The notes beneath the pieces were generated by a model that was not told the origin of the DNA, ran no database searches, and saw nothing but the letters and a program-made list of their open reading frames with translations. From NCBI RefSeq assembly GCF_006345805.1, contig NC_043016.1:10912001-10976000 (forward strand): a stretch of DNA of 64,000 nt, written 5' to 3'. This DNA is from Octopus sinensis. Taxonomy: Eukaryota. Of the stretch, positions 50,801 through 63,830 are shown one piece after another. The translations under genes and the position numbers were made by a program. Numbering within the stretch: the stretch's first letter is position 1; each line of letters starts with the position of its first letter.

Positions 50801-51316
50801 AAGGCGGCAAGCTGGCAGAAACGTTAGCACGCCGGGCGAAATGCGTAGCCGTATTTCGCCTGCCGCTACGTTCTGAGTACAAATTCCGCTGAGGTCGCCT
50901 TTGCCTTTCATCCTTTCTGGGTCGATAAATTAAGTACCAGTTATGCACTGGGATCGATATAATCGACTTAATCCGTTTGTCTGTCCTTGTTTGTCCTCTT
51001 TGTGTTTAGCTCCTTGTAGGTAGTAAAGAAATAGGTATTATGCCATTAGGAGAGATTGCATACCCTCCTTATGTCATTGTTAATCTTTCTCGAGCTGGCA
51101 GAAGCGTTAGCATGCTGGGCGAAATGCTTTGCGGTATTTCATCTGCCGTTACGTTGTGAGTTCAAATTCTGCCGAGGTCGACTTTGCCTTTCATCCTTTC
51201 GGGGTCAATAAATAAAGTACCGGTTACACACTGGGGTCGATGTAATCGACTTAATCTGTTTGTCTGTCCTTGTTTGGCCTCTCTGTGTTTAGCCCCTTGT
51301 GGGTAGTAAAGAAATT
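50801..51316 (+). mobile_element. Two adjacent SINE B copies (50801-51033 and 51091-51316)
   Basis: GGTATTATGCCATTAGGA at 50783, 51034 and 51317; 57-bp repeat 51034-51090 / 51317-51373. Confidence 0.9.
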
Positions 51317-52097
51317 GGTATTATGCCATTAGGAGAGATTGCGTACTCTCCTTATGTCATTATTAATCTTTCTCAAAATATACTTGCCCAACAACCCATT
51401 TTTTGATTTACCTGGGTTAAACAGGAAGCACTTGGGGTTGGAGACAAAGTTCACTTGGTGATCTTTGATGGTAGTAAAAGCATATACATACATGCATAGA
51501 TACATGCATTCTTAAATATATGTGTGTGTATGTGTGTGTATGTATTTAATTTTAGATAACTTTTTTTAGGTCAGCACTCATCTTGTTGACCTTTTGTCAA
51601 ACACCTCTAAATCAGATACAGTGCATCAAAGGATTATGTTTTATATGTACTTCTATTTGTTTTTAAGAGCCCAGAGTATGATTCGAAGGAGACTTAGCTG
51701 TTCTTTATAGCAGTTGAGGACTTGAGGACTACACAGAGAAAGCCTTCTCTCTCTCCCTCTCTCTCCACCCCGCTATTTCTGTCTTCTCTTTCTTTTTTCT
51801 AAATGTCTTTTTGTTTAGTCATATATCAGTTCTGATTGTGTACATCTACAATCAGAGATTAAATTCAGGTTATCATACTTCATATGGTGCACAAAAAATA
51901 ACGCTTAATTATTTGCATAACGAGAAGAAAAAGCAGAAAATAAGTGACTGTGTGGTAAGAGGCTTGCTTCCCAGCCACATGGTTCAGGGTTCAAGTCCCA
52001 CTGCATGGCACTTTGGACAAGTGTTTTCTTTTATTGTAGTCTTGGGCTGACCAAAGCCTTGTTAGTGGATGAGGTAGACAGAAATTAAAAGAAGCCT

Positions 52098-52144
<47 letters not shown>

Positions 52145-52177
52145 AGGAGATGTGGAACACGAGTTGTGATATATAAT

Positions 52178-52462
52178 AAAGGAAATGAAGAAAATGCTGA
52201 CAAAATAATTTAAGTAATTTAAGTAATTTAATTAGGTGAAAGTTCTTTTTACCGGTTGCGCATTTGTTATGCTTATCAAAAAGAGAGATAGAGTTCCTTT
52301 CTGATAGATTTTTTTCTATAAGAGGAAAAAATCTATCAGAAAGGAACTCTATCTCTCTTTTTGATAAGCATAACAAATGCGCAACCGGTAAAAAGAACTT
52401 TCACCTAATTAAATTACTTAAATTACTTAAATTATTTTGTCAGCATTTTCTTCATTTCCTTT
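52178..52462. repeat. Near-perfect palindrome, ~135-bp arms, each carrying a decayed hammerhead scaffold
   Basis: Identical peptides in ORFs 52062- and 52264+; right arm CTTT-TTGATAA-GCAT aacaa ATGC-GCAA-CCGG-TA-AAA. Confidence 0.92.
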
Positions 52463-52975
52463 TTTATATATATATATATATATATACATATATCAAGCCT
52501 GATCTTTCTTTCTTGGTTCGGCCGTCGTCCATGCAACATCTATATTCCTCCCTGTGCCTGTGAAATCTTGTATCCCTGCCGTAAGGCCTTATTTCCACAC
52601 ACGCCAGCTTAATTTAATTCATCCTTAGTCGAAAGACACCTGTTGTTATGACCTGTTATTTGTATTTGTGTAACATTTCTCCATATTTTTTTCCGTCCTT
52701 GTTTTTGTCCACATTCGCTGCTTTCTTCCAAGGAATCTAGTGCTCTTAGCTTAGTTTTTCCTTGAGGCTGGCCAGATTTGAACAATTTCAAGTATAACCA
52801 GCTGAAATTGCAAAGATAAATTGGAACTCAACTGAGAATGAGAACTCCAAATGACCCATCCTTGTTTTCTTTGTATCGTCTATCTGGACGTTTTGTTGTC
52901 CTATTTGTGTATCACCTAACTGTCTGGATGTTTTGCGTTCGTGTCCCATTTTGTGTATATATACCTATACCTATA

Positions 52976-53299
52976 CCTGTGCCGGTGGCACATTAAAAGC
53001 ACCATCGGAATGTGGCCGATGCCAGCGCTGCCTTGACTGGCTTCTGTGCTGGTGGCACATAAAAAGCACCAACCGATCGTGGCCGCTGCCAGCCTCCCCT
53101 GGCACCTGTGCCGGTGGCACATAAAAAGCACCCACTATACTCACGGAGTGGTTGGCGTTAGGAAGGGCATCCAGCTGTAGAAACACTGCCAGATCAGACT
53201 GGAGCCTGGTGCAGCCTCCTGGCTTCCCAGACCCCAGTCGAACCGTCCAACCCGTGCTAGCATGGAAAACAGACGTTAAACGATGATGATGATGATGAT
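52976..53299 (+). mobile_element. RTE LINE 3' fragment (three modules, GAT tail)
   Basis: Close match to ~35800-36126. Confidence 0.92.
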
Positions 53300-53435
53300 A
53301 TATATATATTATATTAAATTAGAGACAAAACCACTATTAGGCAAATCAAACAATGAAAACTTAAGCCAATACATATGATTATTTAATTTATATTATTTAA
53401 ATATATAACAAAATTATTAAAAAAATATAATTAAT

Positions 53436-53541
<106 letters not shown>

Positions 53542-53949
53542 GAATAGGGGTACTACAAGGCACCAATGTTTACTGGAAATAGCAGTCAATAATTTTATGA
53601 TGCTGTAGTAAAGCTTCACTGTACATATTCTGGCAAACATGTGTCAGGGCAGTGAAAATAAAAGATTTGTCTTACCTTTAAGAAGAATGTTAGATATGCA
53701 AAAGTGTCGTAAGTCCAAAATGTTGCTTTTTCAGAAAACATAAAAATAGTTTTACCATTCCATAGCAAAACCATTGTACTACACTTTGAAATTTTTCGAT
53801 ATTTTGGTATCTGAAGCAGCTGGAGATACGATAGTTTAACCAAAAGAACTGGCTATTGCAAGCAAAATTAAATATTGGAAAATGTACATTTGGCCAAATT
53901 TGGACATGGGATAGTTTAACGTAATACCAACGATATGTGTGTGTGTGTG

Positions 53950-54665
53950 TGTGTCTTTGTGGTCTGTTTGGCCCCCACTACTGCTTCACAATCGGTGTTG
54001 GTGTGTTTATGTCCTTGTAAATTAGCGGTTCAGTAAAAGCGATCAATAGAATAATTACTAGGCCTAAAAATATCCTGGGGTTGATTTGCTTGACAAAAAC
54101 CCTTCAAGGCAATGCTCCAGCATGGCCACAGTCAATAGACTGAAACAAGTAAAAGATAATAGATGTGTGTGTATGTGTGTGTGAGAGACAGAGATTTTGT
54201 CTGTGTTTGTGCCTCACCATGGCTTGACAACTGGTGTTAGTGTATTTACATCCCTGTAACTTAGCAGTTTAGCAAAAGAGACTAATACAATAAGTACTAG
54301 GCTTTAAAAAAGGAAAAAATACTTGGATTAACTCATTTAGCAGTCATCACTGAGGCATACATTGTATTACTTAACCAAACCGTTTTCAAACAACCAGTTT
54401 TAATAACCAATGTGGAACCAACAGGTAAAATCAACTGCAATGGATCTATAATGATGTATACTTTGATTAATATATATGCCGCGCAAAATTCTAAGTGGTA
54501 TGTTGTCTGTCTTTACGTTCTGAGTTCAAATTCTACTGAGGTCGACTTTGCCTTTCATCCTTTTGGGTTCGATTAATTAAGTACCAGTTGCATACTGGGG
54601 TTGATCTAATCGACTGGCCCCCTCCCCAAACATTTCAGGCCTTGTGCCAAGAGTAGAAAAGAATA
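53950..54665 (+). mobile_element. SINE A 3' halves (53950-54160, 54200-54320) and a SINE B2 copy (54470-54665)
   Basis: Family tail and core motifs. Confidence 0.75.
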
Positions 54666-54671
54666 TATATA

Positions 54672-54704
<33 letters not shown>

Positions 54705-54749
54705 CATGGGTGTAGATCTGCACACACAAACACAGATAGATAGATAGAC

Positions 54750-54850
<101 letters not shown>

Positions 54851-54989
54851 GATATAGAATATATGTACTTACAGACATGGTGGCTGCAAACTCATGTTTG
54901 AGTAAATATCATCACCTGATTGAAAGTCTCACACATGCAAAGACTACGACCAGCCATTTTTGTGATACGTCATACTTTTTTTTTTCAAG

Positions 54990-55995
54990 GGATGCTTGTG
55001 CATGATGGTCTTTTTTATAGAGGGGAAGCAATTTGCACAGATCCAATCCCACTCTCTGAATATGGACGACAGAAACTTGAAAAGAAGAACTAGTCTACAT
55101 CATAGAATATTATCAGTGCCGCAGGTTTTCTTGCAGAGTTTTCCTCTCCCAGAGAGATGTTGTGACAACAACACAGGAACCTCCCACTCCCTGTGGATCA
55201 ACCTCACACCTGGACACCAATCCAGGTATTTCCATGTCCCCGCACATACATACATGCATACATACACATGTACCCATATTGTTGGATGGCCATTGACTAC
55301 TCATAAGTTCTTCTGCCCTTTGTACATCCATAAATACATAGCAACCATAACATACATACATAGGTAACCCAATGAAGCTACACAAAGAACATCCTCTCAA
55401 TGCAGCAAATTAGCTCCTGGGAAAGACTCAAGCGGTCAAGACTCTACTTCCCAGAATGAAAGCAGGAAAGATATGCTGCAATTTATGTCTGAAATATCCC
55501 GGAAGAGTTAATCCCAAACTTTGGCATTGAAAGTTATAATAGCACCAGAACAGAGGAATCTAAGACATTTACTTCCTCCCCCATGGACAATAGCCACCCC
55601 TGAGGACAACAGATTATGATTTAAATCTTCTTAATATATTGGAGGGGGGATAATTAACCAAGGAGTGTAATTGGCCCGGGTGGGGGCGGTAATTGTCTTG
55701 ATACAGAACAGAGAGCTTATTGCATAATATTAAAGATCCCACACTTACCATCTGAACACAGGACTAGATATTGCAACAGACCGGAACTCAAGGGCTCACA
55801 GTCCTTTGGTATCCTATTGCAGGATTTGGAAGTCTTATTTAGGGCAGATGTACATGCCTTCAAAACAAAACTGGGGTTTTCTACTGTCAAGAAGCCTGGA
55901 TGGAACATCTTCACAGCAGGAAACACAAAAGAGATCAGCAGAGTCAAACTCATCCGTTCACCAAATGCCAACTATTAAGGGTGGATTAACATAGA
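54990..55995 (+). mobile_element. Old CR1/L2-group LINE 3' remnant
   Basis: Peptide traces SWERLKR.RLY...ERYAAIYV*.I.E.LIPNFGI and KG.Q.F.IL...D...FKTKL..FL...D.....R.A.SNS..HQ; many stops. Confidence 0.6.
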
Positions 55996-56284
55996 TGTAG
56001 CTAAAGCAATTGGTGGTACCCCAACATGATCTCAACTCTCAAGCTGAAACTAATAAAAGGGTAAGGGTGTAAAACAGTACATACATATATATAGATATAT
56101 ATACACACACACGCATATACATTTATACATACATAGAAAGACAGACAGACAGACAATGAATAATCAAACAAAAAAGGCCAAATAAGTTGTTTAGCTCTGA
56201 TCAATGTAGACCTATGATTAGAAAACTTTCCAGCTGTGATCGTCAGTTCTTTACATAAGTTAGTGTGTAAGTGTATATGTTTGT

Positions 56285-56645
56285 GTATACATACTCACAC
56301 ATACACACATATATTCATACATACATACATACATACATAGGCATACATGCATGCATACATACATTACACACACACATACATACATACATGCATACATACA
56401 TACATACATACACACATACATACATGCATACATACATACATAGACATACACATATACACACACACATACATACAAACATACATACATACACCCACACACA
56501 TACATACATACACACACATATACATACATACACCCACATATACATACATACATACAAACATACATACATACATACACTCACACACATACATACATACACA
56601 CACACATATACACATACATACACCCACACACACACATATACATAC
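56285..56645. repeat. (CATA)n/(CA)n tract
   Basis: Direct inspection. Confidence 0.95.
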
Positions 56646-56839
56646 ATAGCTCAGGGATAAATACCACTGCAGTAAACCAAAGATCCTGCCATTTCCTCCC
56701 AGATCAAGGATCCAATACTTTGACAGCTTAGAGTTGAAAAGGTCGCAACTTTCCAAAACCTTAATAAAAGGCCCCTGAAATCAACAAGGTGTACATGTGG
56801 ATGTGTTCAAAGAACAAATGGTCAGATTTTTATCTAGTA

Positions 56840-57208
56840 CTAGCACTATGACCCGGCAACGCTGGGTCATAGTACTAGTGCATGCGTATACAGCTGCGTG
56901 CGTGTGCAAATACACGCGAGTACTGTCCAAATCTCCGACCAATCACATACAGCTAGCTGGCATTCAATTGGCGTATCAAGTTTCGGGCATTTTGATTGGG
57001 TTTTGGATAGAAAATTCACAAAAATGTCACTTCTATTGATTTTTTTAATGGCTTTGCGGGGTGACTGGGGAAATGTAAAGATGTGCATGACCACCCTTGG
57101 ACGGTTTTGAATGACCATAGAAAGTGCGAGCCCTCTAACTGAAAAATTGTGGATTTGTATAAAGAACATACACACAGACAGACATTTTGCCGTTTATATA
57201 TAGAGAGA
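56840..57208 (-). mobile_element. Non-autonomous Helitron (369 bp), second family
   Basis: Minus strand starts A|TCTCTCTATATATAAACGGC and ends with the hairpin ACTATGACCCAGCGTTGCCGGGTCATAGT-G-CTAG|T. Confidence 0.85.
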
Positions 57209-57527
57209 TACCTGACAAACTCACATCACAAGAAATGCAAAGAAGGACAGCTCTGTTCATCTCACTATTTCATGAGGACCGATTCCAGAGACAGAACTGG
57301 GAAATGAGTCTGAAATATAACAAGCACTAGTATGTATGTATGTATGTATGTGAGAATAAGCTTGCTTCCCAACCCCATGCACATGGTTCTGGGTTCAATC
57401 TCACTGTGTGGCACCTTGGGCAAGTGTCTTCTACTATAGCCTTGGGCTGATCAAAGCCTTGTGAGGGGATTTGGTGGATGGAAACTGAAAGAAGCCCATC
57501 TTATATATATATATATATATATATATA

Positions 57528-57792
57528 CTGGCTTCCGTGCCGGTGGCACAAAAAGTGCACCAATCCGACCGTGGCCGTTGCTAGCCTCGCCTGGCACCTG
57601 TGCAGGTAGCACGTAAAAAGCACCCACTACACTCACGGAGTGGTTGGTGTTAGGAAGGGCATCCAGCTGTAAAAACATTGCCAGATAAGACTGGAGCCTG
57701 GTGCAGCCTTCTGGCTTCCCAGATCCCCGGTCGAACCGTCCAACCCATGCTAGCATGGAGAACAGACGTTAAACAATGATGATGATGATGAT
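57528..57792 (+). mobile_element. RTE LINE 3' fragment inserted in the (TA)n after a SINE A 5' half (57355-57500)
   Basis: Two modules plus terminus; (TA)n on both sides. Confidence 0.92.
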
Positions 57793-57804
57793 ATATATAT
57801 ATAT

Positions 57805-58045
57805 ATAACTTATAAAATAAGGGCAAAAGAAAGTTCTAATGCCAAATATGCCGAAAAAAGACAAAGTTGTCAATAACCATTATAATTTATGCGTCTCGAA
57901 ACAAGCTGATAGAAATTTCTAAAAAAATCTGGATTTTTTTAGAAATATCAATCAGCTTGTTTCGAGACGCATAAATTGACAATTTTGTCTTTTTTCAGCA
58001 TATTTGGCATTAGAACTTTTCTTTTGCCCTTATTTTATAAGTTAT
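57805..58045. repeat. Palindrome, ~115-bp arms, same family as 40809-40920
   Basis: ATAAAATAAGGGCAAAAG...GTCTCGAAACAAGCTGAT...ATCAGCTTGTTTCGAGAC...CTTTTGCCCTTATTTTAT. Confidence 0.9.
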
Positions 58046-58148
58046 TTATAAATTTAACCTTTAAAGGTATTTTTTGATAGGCTGGCCATTGATAACAATT
58101 TTTTTTTTCGAAAGAATTTTATCCTACATTAGTTGTATATATATATAT

Positions 58149-58534
58149 CTTTTACTTGTTTCAGTCATTTGACTGCGGCCATGCTGGAGCACCACCTTTA
58201 ATCGAGCAACTCAACCTTGGGACTTATTCTTTTGTAAGCCCAGTACTTATTCTATCGGTCTCTTTTGTTGAACCGCTAAGTAACGGGGACATAAACACAC
58301 CAGCATCGGTTGTCAAGCAATGCTAGGGGGACAAACACACACACGCATATATATATATAAATATATACGACGGGCTTCTTTTCAGTTTCCATCTCCCAAA
58401 TCCACTCACAAGGCTTTGGTCGACCTGAGGCTATAGTAGAAGACACTTGCCCAAGGTGCCATGCAGTGGGACTGAACCTGGAACCATGTGGTTGGTAAAC
58501 AAGCTACTTACCACACAGCCACTCCTGCGCCTAT
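58149..58534 (-). mobile_element. SINE family A, full length (a further 3' half lies at 58590-58810, +)
   Basis: Reverse complement of the family sequence. Confidence 0.92.
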
Positions 58535-59134
58535 GACATATATATATATGTATGTATGTATGTATGTTGTATATTTACGTGTGTGTATCTTTGTATCAGC
58601 GTTTGTCCCCCACCCCACCGTCACTTGACAACCGATGTTGGTGTGTTTACGTCCCCGTAACTTAGCGGTTCGGCAAAAGAAACGATAGAATAAGTTACTA
58701 GGGTTTTTTTAAAAAAAAAGAAGTCCTGAGAATCGATTTATTTCACTAAAACTTTTCAAGGTGGTACTCCAGCATGGTCGCAGTCAAATAACTGAAACAA
58801 GTGAAAAACAAAAAAGAGAAAAGAGAAAAGAGAGAAAAAAAGGATAGCATGTTTCCAATTCCATTTGCAGGCGATATTTCGTCTGCTAGCCAAGTATTTT
58901 TCCCCACCCTCGTCGTTAAGTCGGACTATAAACCACAAACGTCCTGGTGGGTGGGGTTAGCCGGAAAACCGCTCGAAGCAAACAAGGGAAACAACCAGAT
59001 AATCACTTCTACTGCCATCTTATATTAAAACTTGTTGGTTCCAATCTTTGGACTCCAGAAATAATGACAGCGATCGACTCATACATTAATAGTTTTGCTC
59101 CCCTTTTTTGAAAAAGAAAAAAGAAAAAGGAAAA

Positions 59135-59359
59135 ATGCTACAGTTTATATTGTTAGCCGGAACGACAGCTATCAATGTAGCCTATTTCATTATTGGTTCC
59201 TGGTATTTAACCGTTAAAGTGATCTTTATATTATTCCGAAGAGCTTTACTCCCCACCAGTCTGAAAGCTATTGAGAATGATATTATACTTATTACGGGTG
59301 GTGGAAGAGGACTAGGCCGGCAAATAGCTTTGGAGTTCGCAAAATATAAACCTAAATTG
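59135..59359 (+). CDS. DHRS3: First coding exon (75 aa) of a DHRS3-like short-chain dehydrogenase/reductase (SDR16C group, retinal reductase type); rest of the gene lies beyond the window
   Basis: AAAATG start; hydrophobic N-terminal anchor; IILITGGGRGLGRQIALEFAK Rossmann TGxxxGxG motif, close to vertebrate DHRS3 VLITGGGRGIGRQLAREFA (recalled); phase-0 donor TTG|GTGAGT at 59360. SDR identity is firm; DHRS3 orthology is inferred. Confidence 0.8.
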
Positions 59360-60476
59360 GTGAGTTCTCCTTCTCTCACACACTATATATACTTCGTTGC
59401 TTGTTACACCTTTTCTCTCATTTTTCCCTTTGCAAATCAGAGACTTTAAACCGAGTTTCGCTTTCTATTTCCTTCTCTCGCTCTCACTTCAGCAACTTTT
59501 TTGTAAAATACATATTTAAAACTGAATCTCTTCTTACTTCTACTCTCTCTTTTCGCTTTTTTTCCCCCGTTTCGCAAAATAAAATCCGAAAACTAACCCC
59601 AGCCCCCCCAACACTCACTCTGTAGATAAAGCATTAATCCATTCAATTTATCTCGTTTTTTTTTTTTACCTTTTTCTTTCTCTCACATTCTGTCTGTTTC
59701 CGTATTTCTTTCTATCTCTCTCTCCTATACTTTTTGTTTTCCTACGTTCACCGGTTACTTCCTTTATTGCATGTGAAGTTGTGGCTGTAATCAGTTCCAA
59801 CCGTAGTGGTTCGGTCACCTTACTCCGTCGTTATTCTGGTTTAGGGGGATTCTCACCAGAAAACTTACCTTGTTTGGACTTGTGTCTATTTTCGACTTTT
59901 ACGTCGTTTTTTTTTTTTTCTTTTTAAGAAATACATGAAAACAAACTAATTAACAAACTGCTAATTAACTCGAATTTCCCCGACTTTGCGTCGTCCAGCT
60001 CAACGAACATATTTGAAAAGCGTATTTATAAAAGAAACACTATTAAAAAAAACAATTTTCGAAATGGAAAAAATAATATAAGATAGATATGAAAATAAAT
60101 ACAAACCAATTTATAAAACAAATATAAAGCAAATCTTTTGTTTTTTCGTTAAATGTTTTTTCGTGTTACGTATTTTTTTTCGAGTAGAGTCGCATGTCTT
60201 GCAACCGATTCCCAATGTAAGTTGAGATATTGCTGTAAAGATAATAACATATAAAAGACAGGAAAAAAATATAGGAAATAGCTTGTCCCAACAATATTTG
60301 CCTTGCTCCAGGCACTGGCAACCTAAGTGTATACTACATCACTGATCGATTGAACGCTTTCAGAAATTAATGGAAAAATCCTATCACAAAGCGAGTCTTA
60401 AACATACCCAGTGTAGTGTGTACCTGGGTAGTTTTAAATGGATGATATCTATTAATTAATAGATATTAATTAATAA

Positions 60477-60694
60477 AAGGCGGCGAGCTGGCAGAATCGT
60501 TAGCACGCCGGGCGAAATGCTTATCGGTATTTCGTCTGCCGCTACGTTCTGAGTTCAAATTCCGCCGAGGTCGACTTTGCCTTTCATCCTTTCGGTGTCG
60601 ATTAAATAAGTACCAGTTACGTACTGGGTCGATATAATCGACTTAATCTGTTTGTCCTCTCTGTGTTTAGCCCCTTGTGGACAGTAAAAAAAGA
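60477..60694 (+). mobile_element. SINE family B with a ~17-bp flanking duplication (intronic)
   Basis: GATATCTATTAATTAAT at ~60444 and ~60696. Confidence 0.88.
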
Positions 60695-60997
60695 GATATC
60701 TATTAATTAATGCAACAAGCGTAGTAAGGGATGGTCGGGTGTGGAGGCTAATAACACCTCTTATAGGTATGGGCTGTGTGGTGGTAACAAGTTTACTTCC
60801 CGTCCACATGGCTTTGGGTTCGGATCCACTGCTTGGCACGGGGCTTTATAACCCCGGTCAGTCTGACCAAAGCCTTGTGAGAGGATTTAATAGACAGAAA
60901 CTGAAGCGTTACCTCTGCTAAATATATATATATGTCTGTTGCCTTCAGGTTATCTGTCTTTCTGTCTGTCTATCTATCTATCTATCTATCTAACTAA

Positions 60998-61031
<34 letters not shown>

Positions 61032-61115
61032 GTGGTCTCTCTCTCTCTCTCTCTCTGTCTGTCTGTCTATCTATCTATCTGTGGTCTCTCTCTATCTATC
61101 TATCTATCTATCTAA

Positions 61116-61148
<33 letters not shown>

Positions 61149-61604
61149 CCTCTCTATCTATCTGTCGGTCTCAATATCTATCTCAATCTATCCATCAAGC
61201 AATCTCTCTCTCTCCATCTCTCTCTATTTAGCTAGCTAGCAGGTAGATAGATTGATACAAACATACATAATACATACATTGATTGATTGATTATGGAAGG
61301 CAACTCAGGAATTCAGATTTAAATTACAGTGAAGTGAATATTTACTTCACAGCAACATTTAACAACTCTAGACATGTTTTAACCTTATTAAATCTCGTTA
61401 GCAAAACCTAGTCAAACAGTTTACTGCAGATTTCAAAAGGACCAGAGAAATATATAGGGTTTTTGTGAATGAACACTGAGTGGGGCTATAACTTGAGAAT
61501 TATAACATTGAGGTGTTTTATTATTATCACATGGGGCTGAGTTATTTTATTATTGTCACCCAGGGTCAAGGGCTGACATACTTAACACCCCAAAATGTTA
61601 ATAG

Positions 61605-61990
61605 GCTTGGCTGTATGGTAAGAAGTTTGCTTCCCAACCACATGGTTCTAGGTTCAATTCCACTGTTTGGCACCTTAGGCAAATGTCATCTACTATAGTC
61701 TCGGACCGACCAAAAGTTTGTGAGTTGATTTGGAAACTGAAAGAAGCCTTGTGTGTGTGTAGATCTATGTGCATATGTCCTTGTGTTGGTCTCCACTATC
61801 ACTTAATAACTGGTGTTTACATTTCATTTACATCCCCATAATTTAGCACTTCAGCAAAAGAGACTGATAGATTAAGCATAAGGCTTTTAAAAAATAGGTA
61901 CTGGGGTCAATCTGTGTGTTCAACTAAAAAGTCCACAAAACATTACGCCAGCATGGTTGCTGTCCAATGATTGAAGCAAGTAAAATATAA
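61605..61990 (+). mobile_element. SINE family A, diverged (a further head lies at 60765-60905)
   Basis: Family motifs. Confidence 0.8.
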
Positions 61991-62747
61991 AAGACAGAAA
62001 TGAGAAGCAATTACTTATCATAATGACTAATTCTGTTCAAGAGAGGCAAGGGAGGGAATTCCTGATTTTAAATTAATTAAAAATAGAATACAGTAAGGAG
62101 TGATCTGCCTAAAATAATATACTGGATTTTTTGTGAAGGAACACATGGTTCAGTTATAAGTTAGGTGTAGTAATGCTACTCAGGTAACACAAAAATACCT
62201 GGGGATGGGTGTATAAATAATAACCAAGGATGCATGCTAACATAGCTGATGTAATTTGGCAAGTACAGTAACAACTCTGGTGGATATATTTCAACCTTAT
62301 TTGACCTCTTCAGTGAAGTACAGCCTAACTGGCTCCATATGAACATCAACCATATTGAATACATGATATGCAGAAATGTCTCAACTTACATCAATAATTG
62401 GTTCTAAGACATACAACTTACTTCAAAAATTGACAAAACATGTAAAAGCATTTTAATAAATATATTAGGTTATGTCTGTTTTAATAAGTGGTTTTACTCT
62501 TTTACCTGTGTCAGTCATTTGACTGGAGCAACGTACATATTTTTAGATGTACTTTATTTGATTTTATACTTCAGTATTCGCTTTTAGGCATTAATTTTTT
62601 AGTTTTCATGCTTTTAAATATGTTTGCTGAAACCAATATGAAGTCGGATAAATCTTTTTAAAAATTACATGAATTCACAAAAAAGTAGTACCTCAAAATG
62701 ACACAAGTTGAAGAATGCTTGTACATCGTATTTATATAGTCTATGTT

Positions 62748-62993
62748 GGTACTACTAGCGAACAGTGGTTCCGGTGTGCGCACTCGCGCATCTGCGCTAG
62801 CTAGTGGTAAGTAGTCGATCCTACAACGACTTTTTAACCCTAAACCTAACCCTAATTTTTTAACCCTAACCCTAGTTTGTTTATAAAAATAATTTATTTA
62901 CTTAGTTTAAAAAATTGTAGGATCGACTACTTACAACTAGCTAGCGAGGACGCACAAGTGTGTGCACCGGGACCACTGTTCGCTTGTAGTACC
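62748..62993. mobile_element. MITE (246 bp), candidate Merlin family, with internal (AACCCT)-like repeats
   Basis: TIRs GGTACTAC / GTAGTACC; flanks GTCTATGTT / GTCTACGTT (9-bp target-site duplication, 1 mismatch). Confidence 0.78.
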
Positions 62994-63119
62994 GTCTACG
63001 TTTGAGTTACTGTTGTTGTTTAACCCCAGGTCGGCGTTCATTAAAATATTACTGGTGCTTTGGTTAATTAATTATTTCATACTGTTTATTTATCCACCTC
63101 TTCCCAGCCAATTAAGAGG

Positions 63120-63345
63120 AAAACCACATAAAATGAAAGACAAGGTGCCCCATACTGAAATCCTCCTGAGAGCAGGGATCTTTAGCGCTGAAACCAGCAT
63201 CTTTTGTCATTTTCTCTACTGGGTTTGCCATGTAATTCAGATGCCAGGTAACTGGCTCCCAAAGATGGTCTGCTTCAATGAGATTGAGACTAGAAGTAGG
63301 GGTCATGGATATCTAAAACTTCATTTTCAGGATAATCTTTCAAGC
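63120..63345 (+). mobile_element. Degenerate RTE ORF2 C-terminal remnant
   Basis: DKVPHTEILLRAGI.S.ET.....W..HV..M....LPK...F.E.....RG.G..KL.F.D.L. Confidence 0.65.
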
Positions 63346-63481
63346 TCATTGCTTTGACCCTTTGGTACCAACCCTCAGTAGACTGTCTCTGATTTTATGA
63401 TACAAACTTCTCGTTTGAGGTGATTTAAATTAAAATCTTCCATCAAGATTAATTGAAACAAAGGTAATGTATTTCATTATA

Positions 63482-63830
63482 TTGGGTTGTCCGGAAAGTT
63501 TGTGCCGATTTGTAAAGGAAAGAAAAAGGTCAAAAAATAATTACCATTACATTTTTAATCAACCAAATATGAACCATTTTGTTGCACAATGCGTCTCCAT
63601 CTTTCCTTTAACTTGAAAATACCCTCTTCCCAGTATTGAGGTGGTTTCATGGCAAAGAATTCATCAAGGTATCTTTTTATGTCATTCAAGGAATTGAAAT
63701 TTTTACCATTATGACTATTCTGCAGAGACCTGAATAAGTGGAAATCTGAAGGAGCAGCATCCGGTAAATATGGAGGGTGGAGTGACACATCCCAGCTGAG
63801 CTGCAGCAATTTTTGTCTGGTTCCCAAAGC
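63482..63830 (-). mobile_element. Mariner transposon 3' fragment (transposase C-terminus and right TIR)
   Basis: HPPYLPDAAPSDFHLFRSLQN...W..GI.KL.ERW..IV..NG.Y (HPPYSPDLAPSD motif); TA at 63480-63481 followed by the TIR TTGGGTTGTCCGGAAAGTTTGTGCCGATTT. Confidence 0.92.

Noticed and set aside
53680-53812. Possible minus-strand internal exon (AG|GTAAG donor at ~53680)
   Set aside because: Plausible splice signals, but an unrecognisable peptide and no partner exons.
62830-62875. Interstitial telomere
   Set aside because: Only a few imperfect AACCCT units, located inside a MITE; the short TAGGGTTAG at ~42511 is likewise insufficient.
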